From Octopus bimaculoides (taxonomy: Eukaryota): 36,707 bases of DNA. The notes under the pieces are model-generated. The model made no database searches. It worked only from the letters and a program-made list of their open reading frames with translations, and had not been told where the DNA came from. This document shows, piece by piece, positions 20,981 through 32,179 of this stretch. Numbering within the stretch: the first letter of the stretch is position 1; every line of letters begins with the position of its first letter. The position numbers and the translations under genes are program-made. The DNA is taken from contig NC_068984.1 of the NCBI RefSeq assembly GCF_001194135.2, positions 9,939,869 to 9,976,575 on the forward strand, read 5' to 3'.

Positions 20981-21002
20981 CCCCAGTAAATTTTAATTAT
21001 AA

Positions 21003-21175
21003 TGAAAGCTGTTGGCAGGAACGTTGTTGGTACGCCGGACTAAATGGTTAGTGGCATTTCGTACGTCTTTACGTTCTGCGTTCAAAAAACCGCTGAAACC
21101 GACTTAGCCTTTCATCGATTAATCGCTCTCCCCTAATAATTTGCTGCCTTTATGTTAAAATATGAAACCATTAAT
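21003..21175 (+). mobile_element. Degenerate, internally deleted SINE family A
   Basis: tacgccggactaaatggttagtggcatttcg...ttacgttctgcgttcaaa...gaaaccattaat. Confidence 0.75.
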
Positions 21176-21746
21176 GGTAACTCGTCTACCATTTACGTTT
21201 CGTGTCATTTCTTCTCTTCTGCAGTGAAAATAGTTCATTTTTACTTCCTTGAGTATGCTTGGCGATAGAAGCAACTATGTTTGTGTTAAAGTAGGGTAAT
21301 TAATGTTTTTAAAATTAAGTTCCACGAATTATCACCCCTTTTATTTGTTACTTACGATTGCTGCTACGTATTTGTTTTCGTTCTGAAGGGAATTCTAATT
21401 AAGATTTTCTTTTTACTAGCGTCATTCACTACGTTAAAACCCAAAAGATCTAAGCAAAATTTCTGTAGGTAATTCTTTTTGCTTGACCCTAGGTCAGTCT
21501 TGACTGAATAAAGCCTTATGATTAAAAACACTCCAGCCATAACCATATCGCATTTCTACGGCTATCTAGGACTACATTTACTGGTGTGTTCTTTGCGTAA
21601 AAACGATGAGGGAGGGTGTGACTTGAAGGAGAGGCCGCTACTATTTCTAGTAGTTCGAACGATCATATTGGGGTTCGGTCGGTCATTGGCTCGTAGCTAC
21701 ATGACAGTCGTTTGTGCTTGTCATCAGTGGATTGCTTCAAATAATG

Positions 21747-21812
21747 TGCAACAACAACAACAACAGCAACAACAACAACAACAACAACAACAGCAACAAC
21801 AACAACAGTAAC
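21747..21812. repeat. (CAA/CAG)n trinucleotide repeat
   Basis: Read directly from the sequence. Confidence 0.95.
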
Positions 21813-21994
21813 AATCCACTAAACGACCAACGTAAAACTGTGTCTGTCTTCCCAATTTTTTCCTTAAAAACAAAGTCCGTGTTAAGTCAAATGAAATAAA
21901 TATTCTCAAACCGAAGCGATAATTTGAATAAATCAGCCATTTAAAATCTCGTGCATTTTCATTGATTCAATGGTCGTAAATGAGAAGACAACTC

Positions 21995-22255
21995 CCACAC
22001 ACGCACGCACACACACACATACACACACACACACAGACATACACACGTACATATGGACGTAAGTACATACATACATATGTACATACATAACTACGTGCAT
22101 ATATATATATATACATATATATATATACATACGTGCATACACATATTTTATACGTACATACATATGTACGCATGTGTTTGTGTTTGTACGTCTATGTGTG
22201 TAGTGTGTACGTCTGTGTACGTCTGTGCATGTGGTGTGTTCGCCAATATGTGTGC
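21995..22255. repeat. Degenerate (CA)/(TACA)/(TG) microsatellite complex
   Basis: Read directly from the sequence. Confidence 0.85.
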
Positions 22256-22287
22256 CCAATGACCGATTTTCTTGTACGACAACTACG

Positions 22288-22696
22288 TACGTATTCTGTC
22301 GGTCCCTTTTGCCGAACCACTAATTTACGGGGACGTAAACACATCAGCATCGGTTGTCAAGCTATGCTGGGGGGACAAACATAGACACACAAACTGTAAG
22401 CCTAGTACTTATTCTATCAGTATCTTTTGCCGAACCGCTAAGTTACGGGGACGTAAACACACCAACATCGGTTGTCAAGTGATGTTGGGGGGACAAACAC
22501 AGACACACAAACATATACACACGTATACACACATTTACATACGATGGGCTTCTTTCAGTTTCCGTCTACTAAATCCACCCACAAGGCTTTGGTCGGCCCG
22601 AGGCTATAGTAGAAGACACTTGCCCAAGGTGGCACGCAGTGGGACTGAACCCGAAACCATGTGGTTGGCAAGCAAGCTACTTACCACACAACCATG
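22288..22696 (-). mobile_element. SINE family B lacking its 3' tail, with the central module duplicated
   Basis: The ttttgccgaacc...ggggacgtaaacac...ggacaaaca module occurs at 22288-22394 and 22395-22512. The head lies at 22540-22696. Confidence 0.88.
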
Positions 22697-22931
22697 AAAC
22701 GTCGTAACAAAACTAAGTACTGGCTATAATTTCTATCGAAAATCTTTAGAGATAACCTTAACACGTGATGTAATAGCAATGCTAACACAGTAGAACACGG
22801 TATTGACTTATAAAAACGTTTTATACACTCTGTAGTATATTGTGGTTGCATAACGAAATGCCGTGTCCTTACAAGTAATTAACACTTACGTACAAACTTC
22901 CAGGAATGTGTTTAATACGTACATTGGTATG

Positions 22932-23251
22932 CAGTAATCCCTCGAATATCGCGGGTGATACGTTCCAAAACACCTCGCGTTAGGTGAAAATCCGCAAAGT
23001 AGAAACAGTACTGTACTGTATAGCTTTTAAAATTATTTTTATAATTTGTATATGTTTATTTTATTATAAATACAAAGCAACACCACAGAGGAATCGACGT
23101 AAGCTTGAATAATAAACCGCGATAGGTGAACTGCGATAGGTGAACAGCGATAGGTGAACCGCGATAGGTGAACCGCGATAGTGAACCGCGATAGGTGAAC
23201 CGCGATAGGTGAACCGCGATAGGTGAACCGCGATATGACGAGGGATTACTG
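22932..23251 (+). mobile_element. Tigger/pogo-type MITE with internal 14-bp tandem array
   Basis: Perfect TIR CAGTAATCCCTCG / CGAGGGATTACTG. Nine units of gaaccgcgataggt at 23114-23236. Flanks read TG/CA rather than TA. Confidence 0.9.
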
Positions 23252-23958
23252 CATGTAGTGGCTATATTTAGTGGTTATTTAAGCAATGAGTTTGTGGATG
23301 ATTAATGAGTTGAATGGGGGCTGATGAAGGAGCAAAACTCNNNNNNNNNNNNNNNNNNNNNNNNNNNNNNNNNNNNNNNNNNNNNNNNNNNNNNNNNNNN
23401 NNNNNNNNNNNNNNNNNNNNNNNNNNNNNNNNNNNNNNNNNNNNNNNNNNNNNNNNNNNNNNNNNNNNNNNNNNNNNNNNNNNNNNNNNNNNNNNNNNNN
23501 NNNNNNNNNNNNNNNNNNNNNNNNNNNNNNNNNNNNNNNNNNNNNNNNNNNNNNNNNNNNNNNNNNNNNNNNNNNNNNNNNNNNNNNNNNNNNNNNNNNN
23601 NNNNNNNNNNNNNNNNNNNNNNNNNNNNNNNNNNNNNNNNNNNNNNNNNNNNNNNNNNNNNNNNNNNNNNNNNNNNNNNNNNNNNNNNNNNNNNNNNNNN
23701 NNNNNNNNNNNNNNNNNNNNNNNNNNNNNNNNNNNNNNNNNNNNNNNNNNNNNNNNNNNNNNNNNNNNNNNNNNNNNNNNNNNNNNNNNNNNNNNNNNNN
23801 NNNNNNNNNNNNNNNNNNNNNNNNNNNNNNNNNNNNNNNNNNNNNNNNNNNNNNNNNNNNNNNNNNNNNNNNNNNNNNNNNNNNNNNNNNNNNNNNNNNN
23901 NNNNNNNNNNNNNNNNNNNNNNNNNNNNNNNNNNNNNNNNNNNNNNNNNNNNNNNNNN

Positions 23959-24028
23959 ATACATACATACATACATACATATAGACATACATATGTATAT
24001 ATTCATCTACATATTCTCAGAAACATGC

Positions 24029-24095
<67 letters not shown>
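23959..24095. repeat. (TACA)n and (TG)n microsatellites
   Basis: Read directly from the sequence. Confidence 0.95.
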
Positions 24096-24096
<1 letters not shown>

Positions 24097-24697
24097 ATAA
24101 CACCCCACTTATTCTCTACTTTCACATGAATGGATATACTTGGACGAGATTACGACGTGGATGTAATTTAATAAGTTGAACAATCTTTGTTTAAATGACA
24201 TATATATATTTCTTATGGTATTAAACTTCTTGCGAAGTGGTTCACCACTTAGCCGGTTCACTTAATCCTTTTGGTAGAGAGATGCAGGGACATCGAGATA
24301 TTAATTAAGACATGTCTTTGATAAACGGAATATAAATATAATCGATTAAACGCCTTTTGTTGTGAGATCTGAACACCGATTAAACTTTGCGTGTTTCGAG
24401 AATCTGTAGACGTTGTCCAGTACACGCACGAACATCATTGCCGCCTATCTCTTGATAAATGGACAAGTTTAATCTGAAAATCCTTTTGATCGAACCAGCG
24501 TTAACTGGCTAAGTCAGCGATTTAGAATCTTCCATTCATAATCGTGTTGACTCATTTTGGTAAATCTGTAATTCTCTGCGACCTATTTTTAGATATCTTC
24601 AGTGCGACGGACTTGATGTTCAATAATTTAAACCAAAATGAACTAAGTGGAATACCGCAGGGGCCAGTGGAATGTGTATGAACGACAAAGACAAATA

Positions 24698-25066
24698 CTG
24701 TAGAACCTCGCAGTACGAGTGCCCCGTTGTACGAGTAATTTGCTGTACGAACCGAGACTCGTGCGAATTTTTGTCTTGAAGTACGAGCGGAAATTCGCAG
24801 GACAAGCACACAATTCAGTTAATAAAACCAGTTTACATATTTCTTTTGCATTCTCGTTTTTATAATTGTCATTTTACTTGTAACTTCACTTTTTCTGTTT
24901 TAAAACCCCTAAAAATAAATAATTTACGAGTGGTTTTGGCGGGGCTGGAACGGATTAATTATATTTTAGTTAATTTCAATAGGGAAAGTTGATTTATAAA
25001 ATGAGTAAATCGTAAAACGAGCTCAGTCATGGAACGAATTGAACTAGTACTGCGAGGTATCAAATA
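24698..25066. mobile_element. Tigger/pogo-type MITE, second family
   Basis: TA|CTGTAGAACCTCGCAGTAC ... GTACTGCGAGGT inverted termini, with repeated tacgag subterminal motifs. Confidence 0.7.
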
Positions 25067-25596
25067 CTATACAAGGTCTTGATTTGTTACAATTATTTTT
25101 GCTTCGAAAGGATGTATTACAATTACGAAATAGCAATTAAGACCAATTTTACTTGAGAAGGAATGATAATCCGAAGGATCAGAAATTCTCTGAGTGGACA
25201 TACCACGAGGAAAGGCTTAATGTCCCAAGATAAGACAGTAGTCAGCATGATAATTGTCCGACCTTATCTTCAGTAGCTACAAGACTTAGATTTATACAAA
25301 AAAGAGTTGAACACATTTATGGCGTAGGTAAGTTGCATAGTTTAACTAAAACGAGTTAAGGGAAATAACTGACAGTGGCCAATGGCACGTATTTGAATAA
25401 CATAGCCAAATACAGATTTATCAAATTCCATACAACAAAATTTCTTCATTTATTATCTCCACCTCTCGAGGATGTATCATAATTAAATTAAACTGCAATT
25501 AAAAAACCAGTCCCATTTGAGGAAAGGAGATAACATCAAGATGCAAATATTTCCCAGAGTTAACATGCCACGAAGCATGCCACGAAGTATGTCCTC

Positions 25597-25783
25597 CTCA
25601 CCGCTTGGCAATCGGTATTAGTTTGTTTACGTCCCCGTAACTAGGTAATTCGGCAAAAGAGACGCCTAGGATAAGTAACAGATTAAAAAGTATATAACTA
25701 CTGGGGTCGATTTGTTCGAATAAAATCCTTCAAGACATTGCCCCAGCATGGCCGCAGTCCAATGACCAAAGCCAGTAAAAGGT
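25597..25783 (+). mobile_element. SINE family B, 3' half
   Basis: tttacgtccccgtaact...ctggggtcgatttgttcga...ccccagcatggccgcagtccaatgac. Confidence 0.85.
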
Positions 25784-26204
25784 TAAATACAAAAGTACAG
25801 CCACTCCTAAACAAATTTTACGTGTTGTGAAAAATGGCTTCATTGTCTCTCTGTCTCTCTGTCTGTCTGTCTCTCTCTGTCTCTCTCTCTCCCACCTATT
25901 TCCCCTCTCGCCACCGCTATCCCTCTTCTATCTATCTCCCCTCTTCTAATACTCAACCAAATTCTTCACGCTACTTAATGACTGAAATGTTTAATTAATA
26001 ATTTATTTTCACCAATTTCCTTTTCCTAAATGAATGTTCTACAAAAAATACATTAACGGAAATGACGAGATTTTAAAATCGATACTCTTCTTTTTGATTA
26101 TTGATATTGCATATTTGTCTCATGGTCAATGAAAACGGATAACCCCCTACCTCCAAATTTAAGTCATGTGCCTATAGTAGAAGATATCATTATTTTTATT
26201 GCTA

Positions 26205-26744
26205 TCATCATTATTAAATGAAAGAGCAGCAAACACACTCAAGGTGACGCTCGGGTACAAATATACGAAGCCCAGATAAGGGTACACCAGGCACATGCAT
26301 CACAACCATATGTGCACAACATGGTGATCTCATATCAAGATAAACAGCGCATGACCTTACAGGTGGGGCCCAGTTAGAATTTTCTTCAGGTTGAGTAGCC
26401 CATCCCGCTCAAAAGGTCCCGGAATAAGGGTTGTTTAAAGATGATGATCGAAGTACCCATGTTTCCAAAGGTGAATTATCCAAACCTCAAAGAATCCCTC
26501 TCATCATATGGCTATGATGCTCCCGCACTACTTCTGCTCGTGATCAGAGATGCACATATCGTCAGCCACCAAGGGACATGCTCAACTGGTTAAGGTCAAA
26601 CAACTGACAAGCAAATCTGTGGTATTGAGCAGAATATTTGCTGTAGCCCATCTTTTATATCAAGACAAAACAATGTACATGATAACACATTCAATCAATT
26701 AAGGTCAGAAGCCATGAGAGCCACTGCCTGGTATTGCATCCGGA

Positions 26745-26745
<1 letters not shown>
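26205..26745 (-). repeat. Unclassified interspersed repeat (about 540 bp), probably a retroposon 3' region
   Basis: GC-richer block with a (TAA/TGA)n-like end on the minus strand, abutting (ATT)n at 26747-26781. Recalled as an abundant octopus repeat, but it has no second copy in this window. Confidence 0.4.
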
Positions 26746-26781
<36 letters not shown>

Positions 26782-26782
<1 letters not shown>

Positions 26783-26905
26783 CGCCTTTCATCCTTTCGG
26801 GGTCGATGAAATAAGTACCAGTTACGCACTTGGTCGATGTAATCGACTTAATCGACTTAACCCTCCTCCGACCTGCCCTTGTGGCAAAAATTTCAAATCA
26901 TTATT
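26782..26905 (+). mobile_element. SINE family A, 3' half
   Basis: gcctttcatcctttcggggtcgatgaaataagtaccagttacgcac. Confidence 0.85.
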
Positions 26906-27467
26906 ATTGTTTGTAATTCCTTTGCTAAATTCATCCTATGCTCGATAATCAAACGACGGAAATTTTGCAGCTTGTAAGTGCAAAAATTTTATTAATTTAA
27001 TGGAGAAAAAGTGGAACGGAAAAACTCAATAAAATGGTTTTTATTTCTGCCAAATAAATAAATAAATAAATAAAAATAAAAATGATGTCCAATGGCCCTA
27101 AGCGCAAGAGCACCGAACTCAGCAAATAATCAATTTAGAATCCTAGGGTTGGATTATGACATGGTTCTTTTGTTCACAATAATTGGAGCGTGGGATGATT
27201 CAGCTAAACCCATTACTAAAAACAAAAGAAAAAGAAAAAGAAAAAAGAAGAAGGAAAAACCCCCCAAAAACACACATACAGAAAATTAAATTGTATGTTA
27301 AATAAAATAATGAATTTTCAAAATTTGCAATCAAATTGTTGAAATGATTTCAGTTTTTATGGTTTCCAAATAAAAGGAATTTTTATGACATCCGGTCACG
27401 TGGAATCCACAACCCCAACGTCATAATTTATTTATATTTTCCTTTTATTAATTAATGATGCGTTTAA

Positions 27468-27663
27468 GGCGGTGAGATGGCAGAATCGTTAGCACCCCGG
27501 ACAAAATGCTTAGCGGCATTTCGTCCGTTTTTCCGTTCAGAGTCCAAATTCCGCCGAGATTCTTTCGCGGTCGATAAAATAAGTACCAGTTGAGCACTGG
27601 TATTGCTGTAATCGATATACAACCTCCCTGGAATTGCTGGCCTTGTGTCAAGGTTTGAAAACC
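27468..27663 (+). mobile_element. SINE family A with degenerate ~21-bp TSD
   Basis: ggcggtgagatggcagaatcgttagc head. Flanks attaattaatgatgcgtttaa (27447-27467) and attaattaataatgcattataa (27664-27685). Confidence 0.85.
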
Positions 27664-27685
27664 ATTAATTAATAATGCATTATAA

Positions 27686-27856
27686 ACGGTCGATTGGCAG
27701 ATTCGTTAGAGCATCAGGCTAACTTCCTTGCGTTTTTAATTCCGGTTCTATACGTTTTGCGTTCAACCTCTACCAAAATCTACCTATCATTTTGTTATTT
27801 CGGGACCGATAACTTAAAACATCAGTCGAGCACTGGAGGTGATGATATTGGCTTCA
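27686..27856 (+). mobile_element. Highly degenerate SINE family A
   Basis: ttggcagattcgttag, tacgttttgcgttcaa, tttcgggaccgataa and gagcactgg motifs in order. Confidence 0.6.
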
Positions 27857-28067
27857 ATTTTCGGCACAAGGCCAGCAAGTTCGAGGGGTGGGTGGTGTAA
27901 GTCGATTACATCGACCTCAGTACACAACTGGTACTTATTTTATCAACCCCAAAAGGATGAAAAGCAAAGTCAACTCTAGTGGCATTTGTACTCAGAACTT
28001 AAAGACGGACAAAATAACGCTAAGCATTTTGTCCGGAGGTGACAATATCGATTAACAACTGCCACCA
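27857..28067 (-). mobile_element. SINE family A (minus), tail-to-tail with the preceding copy
   Basis: aagtcgattacatcgacc...ctggtacttattttatc...ctcagaac...taagcattttgtccgg is the reverse complement of the A consensus. Confidence 0.85.
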
Positions 28068-28212
28068 GATTTTACGGCTTTGTTCCTTTCCTAAAAATAA
28101 TTAATGTTGATGATTAATGTTCCTTTGATACAAATGAATAATGATTAATGAGTGTTGCCGATGTTTTGTTTCAATATTATACCGTTTATACTTTACTTGT
28201 TTCAGTCATTGG

Positions 28213-28659
28213 GCTGCAATGGGAATACGGACTGCGCCTTCTTTTGCGAACCTGGTAATGGGCTATCTTGAGATTAAACTATACCAGAGAACACTCGAGA
28301 AATATGGAAGCTCCTTTTCCACCTACATACAAAACAACTGGAAATGATATCTCGATGACTGTTTCATCCTCTGGAATGAAAGTATAGAAAAACTCAACGA
28401 ATGCCAAACACTTCTAAATGGAATAAATGAAAACCTCCAATTTACGATAGAATACAACAATCAACAACTACCGTTTTTAGATATCCTCATAAAGAAAGTC
28501 GGGAAGAAGATAGAGACAGACATCTATTATAAACCCACTGACTCGAAACAGTACCTACCATTTGATTCTTGCCACCCGAGACACACCAGGACTAATATCC
28601 CATTTTGTTTAGCAAAAAGAATATGCACTATAGTATCCGAAATTCAAACCTTTACATAA
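28213..28659 (+). pseudogene. Penelope-like element reverse transcriptase fragment
   Basis: One frame: AMGIRTAPSFANLVMGYLE...WK*YLDDCFILW...LQFTIE...LPFLDI...DIYYKPTDSKQYLPFDSCHP...RICTI. The stop at 28345-28347 is a likely CGA>TGA change. Confidence 0.9.
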
Positions 28660-29183
28660 ATGGTGTCTCTCTCTGTCTTCTCTGTGCCATGTAATGAGGG
28701 CTACGAATACCTGGTTATTGATGAAAACATACCATACAAAGTTACATTAAACAAAGATGGAGAGAATAAAATATATTAATACAGACTTAAAAATATGACC
28801 GAAAGAGCTTTACTTTTACAACAATATCCCACAATACATTTGCAGTACCGACATTTGGGATACTTGGCTGCTCTATACGAAATTTCCTCCATAAATTTGA
28901 AGCCCGTCTGACATCAAATGGATGCTTTCACAAGAATAGTAATGTTGGTGATCTCTGTCTGAGAAGAAAAGAGAGGAAGAGGAGAAGAGGTTATGATTAG
29001 ACCGGGAGCCATTGAGTGACGTATGGTGTCATTGAAGCAACATCTGTTAAAGAACAAAAGTAAAAATATATACATTAGTCACGCGCTCAAATGTGAAAAG
29101 AACAACATCCTACAAGGAGAAGTGAACTTTCCGAGAAGTACCCACTTACCAGTGAACTTACCTATGACCCACAAAGAACTGGA

Positions 29184-29321
29184 CTGGCGTATTCCAACAA
29201 ATTTTTCTTTAAAGGACTTGTGTTTTACTTGTTTTTTGTTTTTTTTTTATGTGGCCGCTAAAAAAGATCCAGGTTTTGGATCAGCTCCGGAAACAGTTTC
29301 GGAACAAGTTGAGAACCACAG
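29184..29321. mobile_element. Degenerate hAT/Charlie-type MITE
   Basis: Right TIR gttgagaaccacag (29308-29321) is followed by gtctagat, a Charlie-type NTCTAGAN target. The left TIR ctggcgtattccaac is degenerate. Confidence 0.55.
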
Positions 29322-29622
29322 GTCTAGATACTAAATAGTGTTATGCAGAGATATGCCTGTCATAACTTTGAAGACGATGCCAGTATGAACTAGGGGTGGA
29401 TATCGCCTCTTTTGGACTCGTGACTGGTACATAACATCTCGTTTTAAACGTTGTGCTTTTGCAGCCCAAAAGAAGATTGCTGCTAAATATCACACGTACT
29501 CAGCTCAGCAGCTGCTAGAATATATCATTAAAGTACGATCCTCCAGTGAAATACGATGTTGTTACTGAAACAATATACAATTCTTCCACTGGAATGATTG
29601 TGTTGGGACAAATGTTGAGTCG

Positions 29623-29671
<49 letters not shown>

Positions 29672-30482
29672 NNNNNNNNNNNNNNNNNNNNNNNNNNNNN
29701 NNNNNNNNNNNNNNNNNNNNNNNNNNNNNNNNNNNNNNNNNNNNNNNNNNNNNNNNNNNNNNNNNNNNNNNNNNNNNNNNNNNNNNNNNNNNNNNNNNNN
29801 NNNNNNNNNNNNNNNNNNNNNNNNNNNNNNNNNNNNNNNNNNNNNNNNNNNNNNNNNNNNNNNNNNNNNNNNNNNNNNNNNNNNNNNNNNNNNNNNNNNN
29901 NNNNNNNNNNNNNNNNNNNNNNNNNNNNNNNNNNNNNNNNNNNNNNNNNNNNNNNNNNNNNNNNNNNNNNNNNNNNNNNNNNNNNNNNNNNNNNNNNNNN
30001 NNNNNNNNNNNNNNNNNNNNNNNNNNNNNNNNNNNNNNNNNNNNNNNNNNNNNNNNNNNNNNNNNNNNNNNNNNNNNNNNNNNNNNNNNNNNNNNNNNNN
30101 NNNNNNNNNNNNNNNNNNNNNNNNNNNNNNNNNNNNNNNNNNNNNNNNNNNNNNNNNNNNNNNNNNNNNNNNNNNNNNNNNNNNNNNNNNNNNNNNNNNN
30201 NNNNNNNNNNNNNNNNNNNNNNNNNNNNNNNNNNNNNNNNNNNNNNNNNNNNNTTATGCTTAACAACTGAATGAATTTAATAAAACATCTAAATTTGAAA
30301 TATCATGAAAATTGTTCAAACTGAAGTCCTTTCTTGAACGACACATTTTCCCATTCGAGTCAATACAGAATTAAAGATAAGTATTTATGGAATTTTGATT
30401 TACTGTCGGGTGAGTTTTGGCCAAACCTGTGTGTGTGTGTGTATACAATTGCAGCGTGGAAGGTGTTTACAAACCATTAAAA

Positions 30483-30513
<31 letters not shown>

Positions 30514-30777
30514 CCAATTTAAACACAAACAAAACGCCAAGCAGAAATTGAAGTAGATGGTGAATATGCTCCAGAATAATCATTTAAAGATGTTTTTGTT
30601 AAATTTTGTTATTGCTTTTGTTGAATAAAATTTATTGAAAAAAAATAAGCCGCAATAATTATGCACCAACCTAATACAATAAAGTCATATATACAGCAAT
30701 AATTACTTTTGAAAATGGGTTTTCTATAAAGTATGGCTACATATTTATATATCACTGTATCAGTGTATCGAGCAGAC

Positions 30778-31037
30778 TATTGGATGTTGTTATACACCGC
30801 TGGTTACAATGTGCTTCCTTGCATTCTTGTAGCTTTCGTATGATGCCATCCCAATGGCTAAGCGGGCAGGTCAACATTCCCCTCCGTACGGAGCACCAGT
30901 CTTTGGCAGCATCACCCATTTGCAGGTGAGGGGGTTGGAGCAACGTAATAATGAAGTGTTTTGCTCAAGAACATAACGCATTATCGACCTGGGAATCGAA
31001 ACCACAATCCTACGGTAGGGAATGCAACATTCTAACC
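30778..31037 (-). mobile_element. Old tRNA-derived SINE (C-like head, different body)
   Basis: Minus strand reads ggttag...gtttcgattccc...tgttcttgagcaaaacacttca...ctcacctgcaaatgggtg...cattgtaaccagcggtgtataaca. Confidence 0.6.
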
Positions 31038-31349
31038 GTATGTGTGTGTAAAAATATGTATACACACACACACAGCCACACATACATGCATACATACATA
31101 TATATGCATATACACACATACTTGTATATACGTATACATACATGCATACGCACATATGTATATGTATTTCGAATTTGTACTTTTTCTGCAAATAACTTGA
31201 TCTTAGTCTGCCGCAACTGAAGCCCTTATAATTTAGAAGAGCCACTTGCCCCTTTAACAGCACACACAACCTAATAGATTCCTTTTCATTTATCAGTTAT
31301 TTGAGTATCAAAACTTTCGTTGCACTTCTGTCACTTGACCAATGGCACA

Positions 31350-31630
31350 CTTCCACGACCTGCAGAGTAGGAGCTCCTGGTAGGGCCTCCCATGTAGGAC
31401 AGGTCAAAAGACAAAGGCCTAACTGACATGGACCATCGCTTCCTGAGGTAAAAATGGGTTTGCGTAGGAGCAAAACTCCTACTTAGAAAAAAAAGTTACA
31501 GAAACATCCATGGCAGTTCAAAACCAACAAGAACTTGGCTGAAGAAAGCCTTCCTTCGGGGAAACATGACGTGGTGCAACCCAATCCGAAAAGAAGCTGC
31601 AAGACCGACTCTCCTTCTGACCACCAGGAC
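31350..31630 (+). mobile_element. Possible RTE-clade LINE 5' region fragment
   Basis: ggtagggcctcccatgtaggacaggtcaaaag resembles RTE/Expander 5' UTRs as recalled from memory. Weaker similar stretches lie at about 13300-13460 and 18186-18330. Confidence 0.3.
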
Positions 31631-31722
31631 AATCCAGATCAGTAGTTCTCAACCATTTTTTAACTGTGAATCCATTTGGTTCCTATTTTATCCAGGTGGT
31701 CCCCGCTAGCCATTCGATGTAA

Positions 31723-31938
31723 CCCTTTCAGTACCAACCCGCTTGAAACCGCCCCTGGCTCTAGTACAAATGCCTTGTTTACAGAAGTTCTGAATTAAAA
31801 TCTTCCACCAAACCTTAGTCACAATTTATGTTCCTAACACTAACTTAATGATAACTAAGTTATTTTACTAAATTATTCGTTATATTTAAAATTAATTGAA
31901 AGAAACAGAGCATCTCAACAGAAATATGGTAAAAAGGG
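31723..31938 (+). mobile_element. piggyBac-type MITE, copy 1
   Basis: GTAA|CCCTTT...AAAGGG|TTAA; 216 bp. Confidence 0.85.
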
Positions 31939-31958
31939 TTAACAGATGATTAATTTAA

Positions 31959-32179
31959 CCCTTTCAATACCAACCTGACTGAAACCAGCTCTGGTCCTGA
32001 GAACAAATGCCTTGTTTACAGAAGTTCTGAATTAAAATCTTCCACCAAACCTTAGTCACAATTTATGTTCCTAACACTAGCATAATGATAACTAAGTTAT
32101 TTTACTAATTTCTTTGTTATATTTAAAATTAATTGAAAGAAACACAGAGACTCTCAAAATAAATACGGTAACGAAAGGG
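31959..32179 (+). mobile_element. piggyBac-type MITE, copy 2
   Basis: TTAA|CCCTTTC...GAAAGGG|TTAA; 221 bp; highly similar to copy 1. Confidence 0.9.

Noticed and set aside
21518-21811. Poly-Q ORF
   Set aside because: A (CAA)n microsatellite with no splice signals or recognisable domain.
23114-23236. CRISPR-like regular repeat
   Set aside because: No spacers, a 14-bp unit, located inside a eukaryotic MITE, and no cas genes.
28830-28958. Minus-strand exon after a strong polypyrimidine tract (HPFDVRR, mitochondrial-carrier-like)
   Set aside because: All three frames have stops, there is no good donor, and the tract is simple GA-rich sequence.
29023-29334. 103-aa ORF
   Set aside because: It runs through a hAT MITE and a T-tract and has no recognisable domain.
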